Of a DNA stretch of 64,000 nucleotides, positions 51,501-64,000 are shown in pieces. Made by a program: the position numbers and the translations under genes. Positions within the stretch are counted from its first letter, which is position 1, and every line of letters begins with the position of its first letter. The notes under the pieces are model-generated. The model ran no database searches and was not told where the DNA came from. It saw only the letters and a program-made list of their open reading frames with translations. The stretch covers positions 25,172,001 to 25,236,000 of the forward strand of contig JBHGNT010000002.1 of NCBI GenBank assembly GCA_043228905.1, in the 5' to 3' direction. The stretch comes from Azolla caroliniana. Lineage: Eukaryota > Plantae > Polypodiophyta.

Positions 51501-51842
51501 AGGGGTATGTATGTTTTATCATTTGATTTTAGGGTAGTGCTTATGATTAACAATTAGGTTTTGTTGGACAAGTACCTATTCTAAACAAAAGGCTCGACAT
51601 CGTGTTCACTATAACAATCTCTCTCACACACTCTCTCTCTCCCTCAATCTCTGAGTCATGACTTGTGAGTCTCTAAGTGACTATTTGTCATTGGAAGTGT
51701 CTTTCCTTTCCTCGGAGCATATCGTTGGGATTTATTCTCGTGGAACATGTGCATTGAATTTAGACAGCTTACTTGAAAACAATCGAAAGGTATCGGAGAC
51801 TACGATCCTAAGCATAAACCCTCCTCCAGACCCCACCCAGAA

Positions 51843-51874
<32 letters not shown>

Positions 51875-52824
51875 CGTGATTGAAACATGATTGATAATTT
51901 ACACATCCTTCAAGATGAACTTGCGAGTTCGTATTAAAAAATGGTCCTTTGTCGAGTAAAGTGGGACACATTGAAATATTAAATATCCACATCTTATGTA
52001 GGAAGGTAAAAAGCATGTCTATGGTGTACCCAAAAAGTTTCGGTTCTAGTAAAAGGGCGTAGGGTCATCTTACATACTTTCAATTTTAAGAAAAAATGGC
52101 ATGGACCTTATTAACGAATTCTGAGAATTGAGGCTACATTTTTTTCCATGAAAATGATGCTCACCTTAACAAAAAATGCTTAGGCTATCAACACAAGATC
52201 ATACATCAAAACCTTATTTTCGCACAATTTTGTAACACCATATCTCACTTCTTGTAAACTTTACGGCGCATCCGTGTATTAAACTAGCAACCTCAAGGTT
52301 TACAAACACTCCACACGATTATCTCAATTTTCGGTTGACAATATCTCTTGTAAAATCGCTCCTTCTTTGATCATAGTTATGGATGAACAATCATTGAGCA
52401 AAGGTTAACATAGTACATGCCTTTCTATTTTCAATGCGCCTTTTCGAAGGTTCCTTTTGTACTGCAAGAGTGTGTAACAAGTGCTCAAATACCTCTATGG
52501 ACTCACGACACCAAGCATTTGACCTCTCAACTCTAGACAACTAAAGAATATACAATTAGAGAAAATATTCATGTGACGAAAGTTGTCAATCGATGAATTG
52601 TCTACAATATTCTAATAAATGTTAGGTTGTCAATAGTGTTCGTGTTGAGAGGTCTTTTATGACATCCTCGTTAGTTTTGACTATGAATCTTGACCCACCT
52701 CAATGTAAAATCTCCTACTTTTATAACTTAAAAAATAGCCACTATCAGACACGACCTATGAAGATACTTGAAGTTAACTAGAGTTTATGTTATCCAAACA
52801 CCTTCCTACTCTCTATATCTCGTG

Positions 52825-53219
52825 AGAGGATGGAAAGGGCATGACTGATGTGCTACCTCGAACGCTGGAACTTGGACCTCTTACTTGCGGTTTCACTATG
52901 CACGCACTACACAAACCAAGGCACGATCATTAATGAAAAGTTAAGTGAATGATAATAGCTTAGCTTGACAATATAATCTAGATTGTTATGCACCAATTAT
53001 GCTACAAACATGAAGACACCAATCTAGAGGATGGAAAGGGCATGAGTGATGTGCTACCTCGAATGCTTGAACTTGGACCTCTTACTTGCAACTTCACTAT
53101 GCACGCACTACACAAACCAAGGCACGATCATTAACGAAAAACTAAGTGAATGATAATAGCTTAGCTTGTCAATATAATCTAGATTGTTATGCACCAATTA
53201 TGCTACAAACATGAAGACA
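52825..53219. repeat. Near-identical ~201-bp tandem duplication
   Basis: AGAGGATGGAAAGGGCATGA...ATGAAGACA at 52825 and 53026. Confidence 0.92.
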
Positions 53220-53999
53220 TATAGATTCAATTAGAGAAGGAATTATATTGCATCAATTAATTGCAATACATTATGTCTTTACATTTACACAATACACAGA
53301 GTTGAGTCTTCGATGGTTGTGGTTACCAAATCCTCCAACATTGTGAGTTATTAGTATTTGCGTAGGTGACCATTTCTTAGAGTTAACTTCCTAGTCATGG
53401 ATTTTGGCTTTATGACCATTCCTTAGGGTTAATCCAAGTCACATGTTGGCAATGAATTCTAGCACAGGATGGAAGGACAGATGAAGATAACTACATCTAT
53501 GATTGGATGTAGTCACTAGACATGGTAAAATGATGTATTCTATTTGCACATAGTGTTGCGGTGAAGACGATTTGCCTATGGATTGTTTCATTGTTGATGT
53601 CATGAACTATGCTTAGACATCCTACCAAAAGGAAGTAGGATGAGGAAGATAACTCCATCTATGGTTAGATGTATAGAATGAACCAAACGCATCATACATG
53701 CATTCGCATTCGAGAATGATTCAATCAAACGTGTATGGTAAATCATCTCAAAGTTGGATTGGATTGACTAGGGTCTATATTATATATTGATTCACTCTCA
53801 ATTCCAATAAGTGGACTCTAATCCATTGTGAACCACCAACATAAGTATGGTTGCATATGTTTGCATTGTATCACATGCATACTTTTGGGATGCGAATCAA
53901 GACATCTCTATCATCCTCACTTTAGAACTTTACAAAAAAATGAGTATGAACTGTAGAGATTGAATCAAAATATGTCATTATAAATTATAATCAAACATT

Positions 54000-54510
54000 A
54001 AAAAACTCATAAAACGTATATTCGAGAATATGAAGAAAACATGATATAGGCAGTAATAGCATAACAACTTACCACTAGGGTGACCTAATTTCTAATAACA
54101 AAGAAAGAAAAAAAGAAAAAATCAAAAACTCATAAAACGTATATTCGAGAATATGAAGAAAACAGGAAAGCATAACAACTTACCACTAGGGTGACCTAAA
54201 GAAAGAAAGAAAAAGGAACATGACACTAACATAAAATTTTGCCATGACACTAACAAGAGGATATGAGAAAGTTGGGAATTGAACCCAAGACACAAGTAAT
54301 AATAGCACAACAACTTACCACTAGGTTATGCTTAGTTGTAATAATTAAAAAAATAAAGGAAAAAAAACTATTATAACACTGACATAAAATGACACAAGTA
54401 ATAGTAGCACAACAACTTACCACTAGGTTATTCTTAGTTCTAATAATTAAAAAAATAAAGGAAAAAAAACTATTATAACACTAATATAAAATTTTGCTAT
54501 GACATGTTAC

Positions 54511-54550
<40 letters not shown>

Positions 54551-54620
54551 TGAGAAAATTGGGAATCAAACCCAAGACATAAACAACAATAGCATGACTC
54601 CTTACCACTGGGGTAAGGTA
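54000..54620. repeat. Patchwork of tandem duplications sharing CAACTTACCACTAGG
   Basis: The motif recurs at about 54064, 54175, 54311, 54413 and 54600 with duplicated flanks. Confidence 0.8.
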
Positions 54621-55499
54621 AATTGCAAGGAGAACAAATAAAAATGAAGAAGAAAAAAAAAGGAGCACATATTTTTCCCATTTCAAACATGTTTGTTTCC
54701 AAACGTTTGAATGCTTGCACGAACACGAATATTACGTTCTATGGTTGGATGCAATCACTAGCAATTGTAGACACAATATCCTATAGGTAAGTAATGTTGT
54801 AACAAACACGATTAATTGACTATGGGTTGCTTCATTGTTGATGTCAACAACTATGCTCAAACATCCTACCAAAAGGAAATATGTAATGAAAAAGTAGTGT
54901 CTAAACCAAATGGCTTGGATACATGAATACCTAACTAGGTTTTAGACCTACTATATATTATTAATGTTTCGTTTTATATGTAATAAAAGCAATGAAAGAC
55001 GCCAAGAAATGGAAAAAAGAAGTGGAAAGGATGAATAACATGAGATAAGCAAGATAGATGCCCCAAAGCACTTTAATATACAAGTATGCTTCAAGGCATG
55101 TAGTATTATGTATACCAAAACATGTTAGAATAAGTCTTGAGACTGCTTATGATGGTCAAATTCAACGAAAGAAAATCAATACATAATCAATCTCCTCTTT
55201 GAATACAAAGACATATTCAAATAGTGCTATGTGCATAATGAAAGGTTTATCACCAAAATTGATCATCCATACTATACTAATGAACACAATATGTCTTCTC
55301 ATATTGACAAAAATCGAGGTCAATTCAATCCCAAATAATAACAAGTTAGGGACTAAGTAGACAATATGTGTGAAGTTGATGTAATAAACCCCATTGAGTG
55401 CACACCATGGGTATGCTATATACTGGTAATGCCAAAGAAAAATTGAAGGACACAAATTTGTGTGACCATCCGTAAAGTTAACAAGGCCATTATACATGA

Positions 55500-57560
55500 T
55501 ACTACCCCAAAACGTACATAGAGCATTATAAATAAGTAGTTTGAAAAGAAGTGTATAGGTTTATGGATGAGTTTTTAGGGTGCAATACAATCATTATAGC
55601 CCTCGAAGAACCAACAAGATAGTTTTTGCCACTAAGTTTAGCTATAAGCAAATGTCTTTCATATTACTTAGTGATTAAGTAGCTATCAACGTGTGGAAGA
55701 CAATATATTCACAACTAACCTCAAGAATGCAATAGAATCACATGTTCATGAATTTTGATGCAATTTATCCTAGGGAGAGAATCTAGGAGTGCTTACAAAC
55801 TTTCATTCAACACACTTAAGTGCCATTTATGGGTCAAACATGGGTTAATACTAGGAAGTGTAGTTTAAAGGATTGAATCTCCACATATGAATCGGCTAAG
55901 ATCAAGAAGATTAAGGTGTTGTTGCTCTCTAACAATGAGGAAACACTTAAAACTTCATGGGATATGCTACAAATGATTGACCATTAATTATGATGTTTGC
56001 AAGCAAGCCAAACCTCTTTGTTAGCCTCTTGAAAGAATTTAAGCAAGCCTAACTTCTTTGTTAGCCTCTAGAAAGAATTCAAACAAACAAGTGCACGAAA
56101 TCATTTGAACTCATAAAAGAATTCCACATGCAAGCACCCATCTTGAGAGCCATAAATTGTAATATAGAGTTCTACGTCCATACATGTTACGGGCATGACC
56201 ATATAATATCCCGTGGTGAGAATTTACCGTAGTATTCTATACACGTGGATAAGTGTGAGGGTTAAATGAGAGTGTAAAGAAGGGGAGGATTACTTTTAAT
56301 CCTCGGGATTGAGACAACCCATTAGGCCAAGTGTGAACTTGCTTGGGGGCCTTGGGTATCGCTATAAATATGAGGCCTAGCTACCCTCATTTAATCATCT
56401 GTTGACTACATCGAGACTCTGTTTTGTGGTGGGTCAACTCTTGTAGCGAGCGTGCCAACACCAGGTACAACTCGACGACATGACGATGGTATGGGACGTC
56501 GATCGAGGCTCAAGTCCGTGTTCATCCCTTTGCTCAGGGGTGGTCAGGTGGATCGGCACCCTTCTTTCTCTCTCACCTTTCTTATTTCTTATATCTTATA
56601 TCCTTATCATATGCTTACGTTAGATCATAACTCTAACAATATAGATGCTTTGGGTTTTGCCACTAGTGTTGCCTTCGCCAACCTACTCAAGGAAAGATGT
56701 ATTTTTCTATTATTTTCACCATCATAAGCTAAGTACAACAAAGAGGAGCTATTACACCACAAAAAGAGAAGCTCTCACAATTGTATATGGCATGGATAAA
56801 TTCTGACATTACTTGTTACCTTACCAAGTTACCATTTTGTTTTCTATGTTGGCAACTAAGCCTTCTTATACCTATAGAGCAAGATGTGCCCCACGGGGAG
56901 GAAATGTAGATAGATCATAACCATTATAGAAAATGATTTAAAGGAAGTTTTACGTAAGCGGAAATATCACATTCTAATGGACCATCTTACGTCACGGTTG
57001 ACTAATGGAGAATAGGTCATAGGAGTAGATGATGAGGTGCCCAATGTTACCTTGATTATGGTGGAGGTAGTACTAGATTGGGCATATGACATTGTTTGCA
57101 ATTGTATCAAGGGGCTATTATTCTTAAAGACCCTGTATAACAAGAAGGCTAAAACCTTGGTCAAGCAGTGTGAAGTTGTCAACATGATATACAAAAATCT
57201 ATAGAATATGGGTAAAGATGACAACCCAGAATAATGTGTTGTAGACCATGATATATCGTATCATGGATCTAACACATTGTGGGGGGTGGTGACGGTCATT
57301 TTAGCCCTTCAATCTAGACTTTGATGGTTCACCCTGGTCAAAGATTCCTACAAATATGTAAAAGGTTGTGATAATGTTAGAGACGTAAAAACCCTATGAC
57401 AGGACATCGCAAACCCCTTTAGCAATTCTAGCATGGTAATCCTTTGAAAAATGGGTGCTCAAATTCATTATAACTATCAACCAAATATGAAATGGTAAGC
57501 ACTCATGCTTACCACTACCAATTATTGCACTAATTCAATGGAAGCTAGATAGTGCCTCTA
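55500..57560 (+). mobile_element. Decayed Ty3/gypsy pol (RT-RNase H-integrase)
   Basis: MD.F.G.N.I.IA.E-like RT motif at about 55563, RSYYTTKREALTIVYGMDKF*HYLL (RNase H) at about 56745, W.TLVKD...YVKGCD (integrase zinc finger) at about 57325 and PFEKW at about 57441. Confidence 0.7.
56185..56638 (+). mobile_element. Solo LTR (454 bp) nested in the decayed pol
   Basis: TGTTA...TAACA termini, 5-bp TSD ATACA/ATATA (one transition), TATA box CTATAAATA at about 56362, and higher GC than the flanks. Confidence 0.75.
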
Positions 57561-60500
57561 TGGAAAGTAACCTCAAACAAGAAACGTTATGGGCAACATG
57601 AACTTCCTACAAGCATAGAATGACCGCGATGTATAGAATTTATTGTTTGAAACCTTCATATAGATGCTTCAAGAGAAGAAGAGGTGTGCCACCTCCTCCC
57701 CTTAGATCCTTTTTTCACAATGTCTTCTTGTTGGTCATGACTCATATCTACTTTGGGCACAAGGGCACTCTTGCATGGTGGCCCCTTCTCTTCTCATAGC
57801 AATAGCATATCCATACAACCTCTTCCCAATCCTTGGTAAGAGCATTAGTATGATCGTCTAATATTGTTTTACCAATGGAAAAACTTCAATAATAGGAGAA
57901 CTTCATTTACCCCCATTATTACATGATCTCATCTCAAAAGTTGAACAAATGGATGCTTGAGCTTAGGAGTAACTTTGTAGTGTTCATTTCTCCTTTTCTT
58001 GATGTTACTGATAGAATTTGTGCCAAATGTTTTCAATGGTCTTCTCAACTTGGAACACTTCATGGAATGCTCATTCATCCTTGGCACCATTATGATGCAT
58101 CTCTTTCTTAAATATTTTCAAGAACTAAGAGCTTTTTTCTCTATAGAACCAAACAACGATCTCCACAACTTTTTGTACCTCACTTTTATGGCCTCCATAG
58201 GTCTCTTTCTAGAACATTTGTTCCATTATCGTGGCCATCATTACTGTGGAGTTTGCATTTGGTGTCACTGGCATCTCCCTTTTGCTAATCTTGTTCACTG
58301 GGTTCACCAAAATATGTCGAGAAAGTATGTACGTAAAAAATATCACGTGTAATTGTGTGTATATGCATGTGTAATTATAAATGCGTGAAGGTGTAAATAT
58401 GTATTAAGTTCTTGTTATTTACTCATGAGCACATTTGAATGTGTGGTGGGGAAGGGAGGGGGTAAATGTGAATAGGAGTTATGGGAAGGAAGGAAACAAA
58501 GGAAGTTCACAAACGTTAGGCTCTCTATCAAGCCTAATGTCTGGATGGGTTTGGGAAAGATGGGAAGTCCACATCTAAAATGAGCTTTTCTAGCTCTTTC
58601 ATCGTTTTCAATTGGACCAAATTCAAGAATCTATGGACACCTTGAAATCTGGATGTCCAACAACCATGTCCATTTTTAGCAACCCACAACTTATCCTCAT
58701 ATTGTCTTCGAGTATTCATTATGCTTGTATCTAAATGCTTGATATATTCATGATATCGTAGAGCGTCTTTATACTCTTTCATCAAAATTCATTTGGTTGA
58801 TTGAGATGACCTCCATACCCCCTGTATCAATTTTGTGTACTTGTATATTTTTTCGAGGTTTACCACTTGTAATATAATGTATTTACAAAAACGCGCGCGC
58901 GTGTGTGTGTGTGCACGTCTCACTTTCTCCCTCCTCTCTCTCGCTCTCTAGAGTATGCATGTATGCTTACCTATCCCTTTCATGCACGTGTGGGTTTGTG
59001 TGGGAGTCGGGACCATATTAATCTTGCATGTGCCTCAATGTGTTCATGTGCTCAAGCAAGCGCCTATCCTCCTCTCAAATACATCTATAGCCACAAGGAG
59101 ATAATCTATACATTGAACGATGGAAACTATTAGTAAGAATATATTCAAACTTATGTGACTTGGATAAATATGGAACAAGTTAAAACTATAGGTTTTCACT
59201 ATGTTGCCTCTTAGTTGGTGCCATTGCTTTGCATTCAAATTACTATACGAGAATAAGTTGAAGTGAGAGCCATCTCCCACCCGGACTAAGTAGTGCTACG
59301 AATAAAAAGTTTGATTTTTAGCTGTCATATTTCCTATGTTTGGATTACAATCCAAGCTTTAATTGGACTATCATATTTTCCTATGTTTGGATTATATTCC
59401 GAGCTTTAATATGACGTGTCTATTTTTACATTTCGCAAAGGAAGTGCCATATGACATTATGTTTCACCACTATCAAGTAGCAAGAAAATGCAAAGCATCT
59501 TCTACCAAGTACAACATTGTTCCTTTCAAGTTCAAAGCGTGGATCGTTCTTTTAAAAGTGCAAGGAAAAGTGTGTTGCCGTGTTGTTTATACATATCTAG
59601 GAGAAGATCTTGCTTTTTATAAAGTTATTACAAAACCGTTAGGTTTGGATGGGCAAAACATTATGTGCAGGTTAACCTACGCTCAATGGGTGCTACAAAA
59701 GTTTGAAATTTAGCAAGTCAATAAACTTGTCACTATTTTTACTTGTGTTATATGGATAGGGTGATTTTAGTTTTAGTTTTTTTATCCCATTGTGATATAT
59801 GTTCGACTCAAGTTTGTGCATAAATTTGATGATTCTATGAGTAAGAAATTATATCTAGTACGTTAACGTAAAACCCATCAAGCTCATTGTACTCACCGTT
59901 GTTACAATGTAAGGTACATAAACGCAACATTTTGAAGATCCACAAGACACTTTATTCTTCTATAAAAATCTACTAATGCTATTGTGGGACATGTATCTTA
60001 TATCCTTTCTTGCATCCTTCTCGAAGTAAATTTGAACATAAGCGGACTTATTAGCAAGGCATTGTTCTAAATGTTTAGGCATAACTACCGTCTACATTGC
60101 ATTAACAATAGAAGACAATCATAAACCTTTTCAAGGCATCATCACTTCAGAACCAATAATATAAAATCCACAATTGTATACTACATAGAATTCATAGAGC
60201 CTGAACTAGGAGATCTAATAGATTACCGATTTTCACTAATGTGTTTTACATATAATACAACGCCAACCGTCACCATTCAAGTGAGCCTTCATGAAGCACA
60301 TGGACATGTTTCACAAACTTACTTAATAAGCAACAAGGTGAATCATTGTGAACCACATGTCCACATATATTCCTTATGACCATGCATTGTCAATCTAGTT
60401 TCGATTCAATTCCTTCGATTGATGACATGTTTTACCACCCTTCATACCTACAAGCTCCAACCCATTGCTAAATATTTTGAATGTTTCGATCCCACCTCTT

Positions 60501-60623
60501 TCACATCCTTGGTTTCGAAACGTTTTCTCAGATCATAACATTTCTTTGTTTAACAAATTATATACAAAAACCAGTTTCTTGGAAAAGGAAACCAATGCCT
60601 CTAGTGGACTTGACTTCGAAACA

Positions 60624-60717
60624 TTCTGCCAATTGTAGGGAAATCAATGCATTCTTCTTAGTAATCGATGCGTTCTGCCAATTGTAGGGAAATCAATGCA
60701 TTCTTCTTAATAATCGA
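60624..60717. repeat. 49-bp tandem duplication
   Basis: TTCTGCCAATTGTAGGGAAATCAATGCATTCTTCTTA at 60624 and 60673. Confidence 0.9.
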
Positions 60718-61917
60718 GTAGGGCATGGCAAGCATGTGAACCAAAAGCTACAACTAATGGATTAAATGTAGATAGATAGCCTACAAACAAGTCTTGAGAG
60801 TTTGATCCTTGGCCTAGGATATATGGCCCCACCTTGTAGATCATTTATCCACCTTAAAAAGGCCATTAATGGAGTAGCACATGGACAGTAAATCATCATC
60901 TATCTACCTAATACCTATGTCTGGCTCTCTTCTTCTTCAGACATGTAAGCTAAATCAAAACAACCTTTACATAGGGCAAATTTCCTTTTTATCCATCAAA
61001 TGGGTGGGGGTATGTCCATCCATATGTAGAGGAAGGAAGCTATCCATCCATATCTAGCAGAGCATTTAAAAGGAAAGAGTCCCTTATTAAAACCCCAATT
61101 TTACAGTAGTGATACCACAACAAGACAATGTGTTTTTAAACACACAAATTTATATTTCTGCATAAACATCTCTCTCTCTCTCTCTGAGAATTAAACACCA
61201 AAATCCAACTCAAACTTGTCCATTTGCTTTTCTGTGATTTGCTTTTCTGCTTGCTTTTTTTTCTGGGCCTCATCCTGTCTTTTCATGGGAAAAAAACCCC
61301 ATTCATGACAAGAAATATACTTTCAACATTACATTCCGATATCACAAATTTTCAATATCGAAAGCAAAAACAAAAAACAAAAAACTTAAACTGCAAATTT
61401 TTCTTGTTTGGTTGGAACGATCGCATAATCAATCAATTAATTCAGTGATTAATCGGGCTAAACATAGCAATAAGCGATTGTTTTGAATTTCTTTTCTTTT
61501 TTTGTTTTGCAGAGACTATCTAACTACAAGAAGAAAGTGAAATAAATCAATCAAAAATAAAAATGCATCGGACCAGCTTCCGTCCATTCCCTGATTAGGA
61601 AAGAAAATAATCGGATGGTGAGGATCTGACGGGCAAGGGAAGATCAGAGATGTCAGAGACGTCCATCTGAAATCCTGGGGCTCCTTTCAGATACATTTGC
61701 AGGCATGATCGGAGCCGTTCCAGACTGGCGCTCTAATCTCCCCCCAAACCCACTTTTCACCGGTCAATCCAACTGTGGAGATGGAGTCACTTCATATAAG
61801 CTAGGGTATTGCAGAGATCCAAGGACCTCCAAGCTATGGCGAGCGAAGCGAGAAGATTGTACAGTAGACACTTCATCGCTTGAGGCCGGCCAGCTTCATG
61901 AGTTACCTGCTAGCTCT

Positions 61918-61968
<51 letters not shown>

Positions 61969-62111
61969 CTATCTGCCGTCTTCTTTCTTGTAAGCGAAAC
62001 TCTTCATGGTTTTCTCTAGAGAGAGTGTATGTGTATGTGATCCACACCACTGAAAGAGACAGAGAGGGGGGGGGAGAGAGAGAGGAGGGGAGGGGTGGGT
62101 GGGGTGGGGGG

Positions 62112-62288
62112 TCAATGGGGATGATGATGATGAAGCAGAAGGGCAGAAGTGAAGAGGAGGTCTGAAAGGATTTGGGTCTGATGCATCCTTCCGAAGCGGC
62201 CGTGGGTGTGGTTAGGGTTAGGGTTAGGGTTAGGGTTAGGGTTAGGGTTTAGGAGCTGGAGGGCAGCAGAAGAAGAAGAAGAGGTCAT
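62112..62288 (-). CDS. Candidate small ORF / conserved-peptide uORF, 58 aa (MTSSSSSAALQLLNPNPNPNPNPNPNHTHGRFGRMHQTQILSDLLFTSALLLHHHHPH*)
   Basis: ATG in GGCCATG context within a CT-rich leader-like region. The C-terminal HQTQILSDLLFTSAL is non-repetitive. It falls just below the ORF-track length cut-off. Confidence 0.45.
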   Translation of the reverse strand: MTSSSSSAALQLLNPNPNPNPNPNPNHTHGRFGRMHQTQILSDLLFTSALLLHHHHPH

Positions 62289-62345
62289 GGCCGAGAGAGA
62301 AAGGGAGGGGGTGGGGGGATGAATCTATGAAGAAATCATGAGTGC

Positions 62346-62378
<33 letters not shown>

Positions 62379-62826
62379 CTTTGGTTCTTCTTCTTCTTCT
62401 TCTTCTTCTTCTTCTGCTGCTTCTTCTTCTGGTTTTACCTGCTTTTTTTTCATTTATTTACTTTGAGGTTATGAGAGATGGCGTGGTGGTTGTTGAGAGA
62501 GAGAGAGAGAGAGAGAGAAGCAGGGGAGAGACGAGAATCGAGAAGGAAGAGAGAGTGGTGGTGATGATTGATAGCGATGGCGATGGCGATGGCGATGGTA
62601 TTGTCCGCCTCGTGTGAAACCTGCATCTTCCCGCACGTGCCTCCTTTGCCTTTTTGTTTGCTTACTCTTAAGGGGGTGGTGTGTGTGTGTGTGTGTGTGT
62701 ATGTGTGTGGATAGCGTGCACACGAAGATTTTCAAACCACCAAACATACAAAGAATAAGTAAAGATTTTCCATTACACATAATTTAGTCTTATAGAACAC
62801 ATATAGATTTATTAGGTTTAGGGTTT

Positions 62827-62879
<53 letters not shown>

Positions 62880-63004
62880 AGAAAGAAAGAAAGAAAGATA
62901 TATTAACGTCTTCTAAGGCCAAATTTGGCCCATGAGATAATTGGTTTACAACAAAATGAGTATTTATCCAGTCAATCATAACTAAAATAAAATAAAGTAA
63001 ACAT

Positions 63005-63310
63005 AGAGAGAGAGAGAGAGAGAGATGTGAGGACATAGATACCTCATTGGAGGTGTGTACATATATGATAGAGAGAGAGAGAGAGAGAGAGATCTAGGGA
63101 CATATAGATACTTCAATGTGTGTGAGTGTGTGTGTGCGTGCACGCGCACACACATGAGAGAGATCTAGTGACATAGATACCATGATGGGGACTCTCTGTA
63201 TGAGATCGAGAGAGCGAGAGAGATGTGGGGACATAGATACCGCAATAGGTGTGTGTGTGTGTGTGATAAAGAGAGAGAGAGAGATCTCAATGACATAGAT
63301 ACCGCAATAA
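63005..63310. repeat. Minisatellite of about 5 units: (GA)n-T...GACATAGATAC plus (GT)n spacers
   Basis: GACATAGATAC-type core at about 63032, 63098, 63170, 63230 and 63292. Confidence 0.85.
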
Positions 63311-64000
63311 CTTTCTCTCTTCTCCATCTTCCTCATCCGACCTCCAATGTTGCTCTATACTCGATCCCTCTTAGTGGCGCTCTGATGCAATAGAACATGC
63401 TAATCATGGCTGCAGAGTCGGGGTTCATGGTTGAGATGCACAATTACGGCCATGGCGGAAGTTGATAAAGGGAAGGCATCTATCAAATGAAGTGTCCACC
63501 TTTAACAACCTACACAAGCCAGACAAGCAAAAACCTCAAGATCTATGGTGCAAACTTCATTACTAGTTTCTATAGAGATTATGCATAAACGTACATTGTA
63601 CAAAATTGTTATATGTCGATGCAACTTTTATAAAGATTGGTCTATTTTAGATAGCACGCTCTAAATATTGATATATGTGCAACCCACACAAGCGTCATAC
63701 TCGATGAGATTTTATGGGATTGAAATTCCTAAAGTAGACAAGCTCAAACCTTAAAGCATTGGGAAGCTCAAAAATTATTTTGATGTCCTAATTTCATGGA
63801 TGAGGGATTCCTTTTATGTTAATAATGCTTTCAAGAATAGATATCAAGAGTAAACTATTACACCAAGGTAGCGAGGTCGACTTTAAAATTTATAAATGTC
63901 CCATTTCTTAGCTTCTTAAATTTGTTTCATTAAAATTTGTATAACCCGTAAGGAGTTCTTGAAGTATTGTCATGTGTGGACTATTGATACGAGTGGGACA

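Noticed and set aside
61568-61591. miR166-like TCGGACCAGCTTCCGTCCATTCCC
   Set aside because: Needs indels relative to miR166 (TCGGACCAGGCTTCATTCCCC), and no star arm was seen.

Overview
Eukaryotic land-plant nuclear DNA: AT-rich, GT-AG introns, dense SSRs. A fern or other seed-free plant is suggested by general style only, which is inference. Seven protein genes were reconstructed by hand: the 3' part of a DUF482/FemAB-like GNAT gene (+), a 7-exon TSPO/TspO (+), a RarA/MgsA/WRNIP1-like AAA+ protein with a degenerate ATPase site (+), a 4-exon UBTD/DC-UbP-type gene missed by the ORF track (-), Sec61 alpha (+), an intronless GC-rich JINGUBANG-like WD40 gene (-), and a TPT-family nucleotide-sugar transporter (-). 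Between them lie transposon relics: a Ulp1/C48 protease pseudogene region with a captured Aurora-kinase exon, a hAT MITE and a Helitron-like terminus; an LTR-PBS-gag fragment bracketed by an inverted repeat; a solo LTR inside a decayed Ty3/gypsy pol; and LINE fragments. The most interesting leads are the apparently catalytically dead but intact RarA paralog, a candidate multi-sORF/conserved-uORF transcription unit at about 61.4-62.4 kb, and the inverted-repeat-bounded gag element. No CRISPR array, rRNA or intact tRNA was seen. No clearly new multi-gene system can be demonstrated from the sequence alone.
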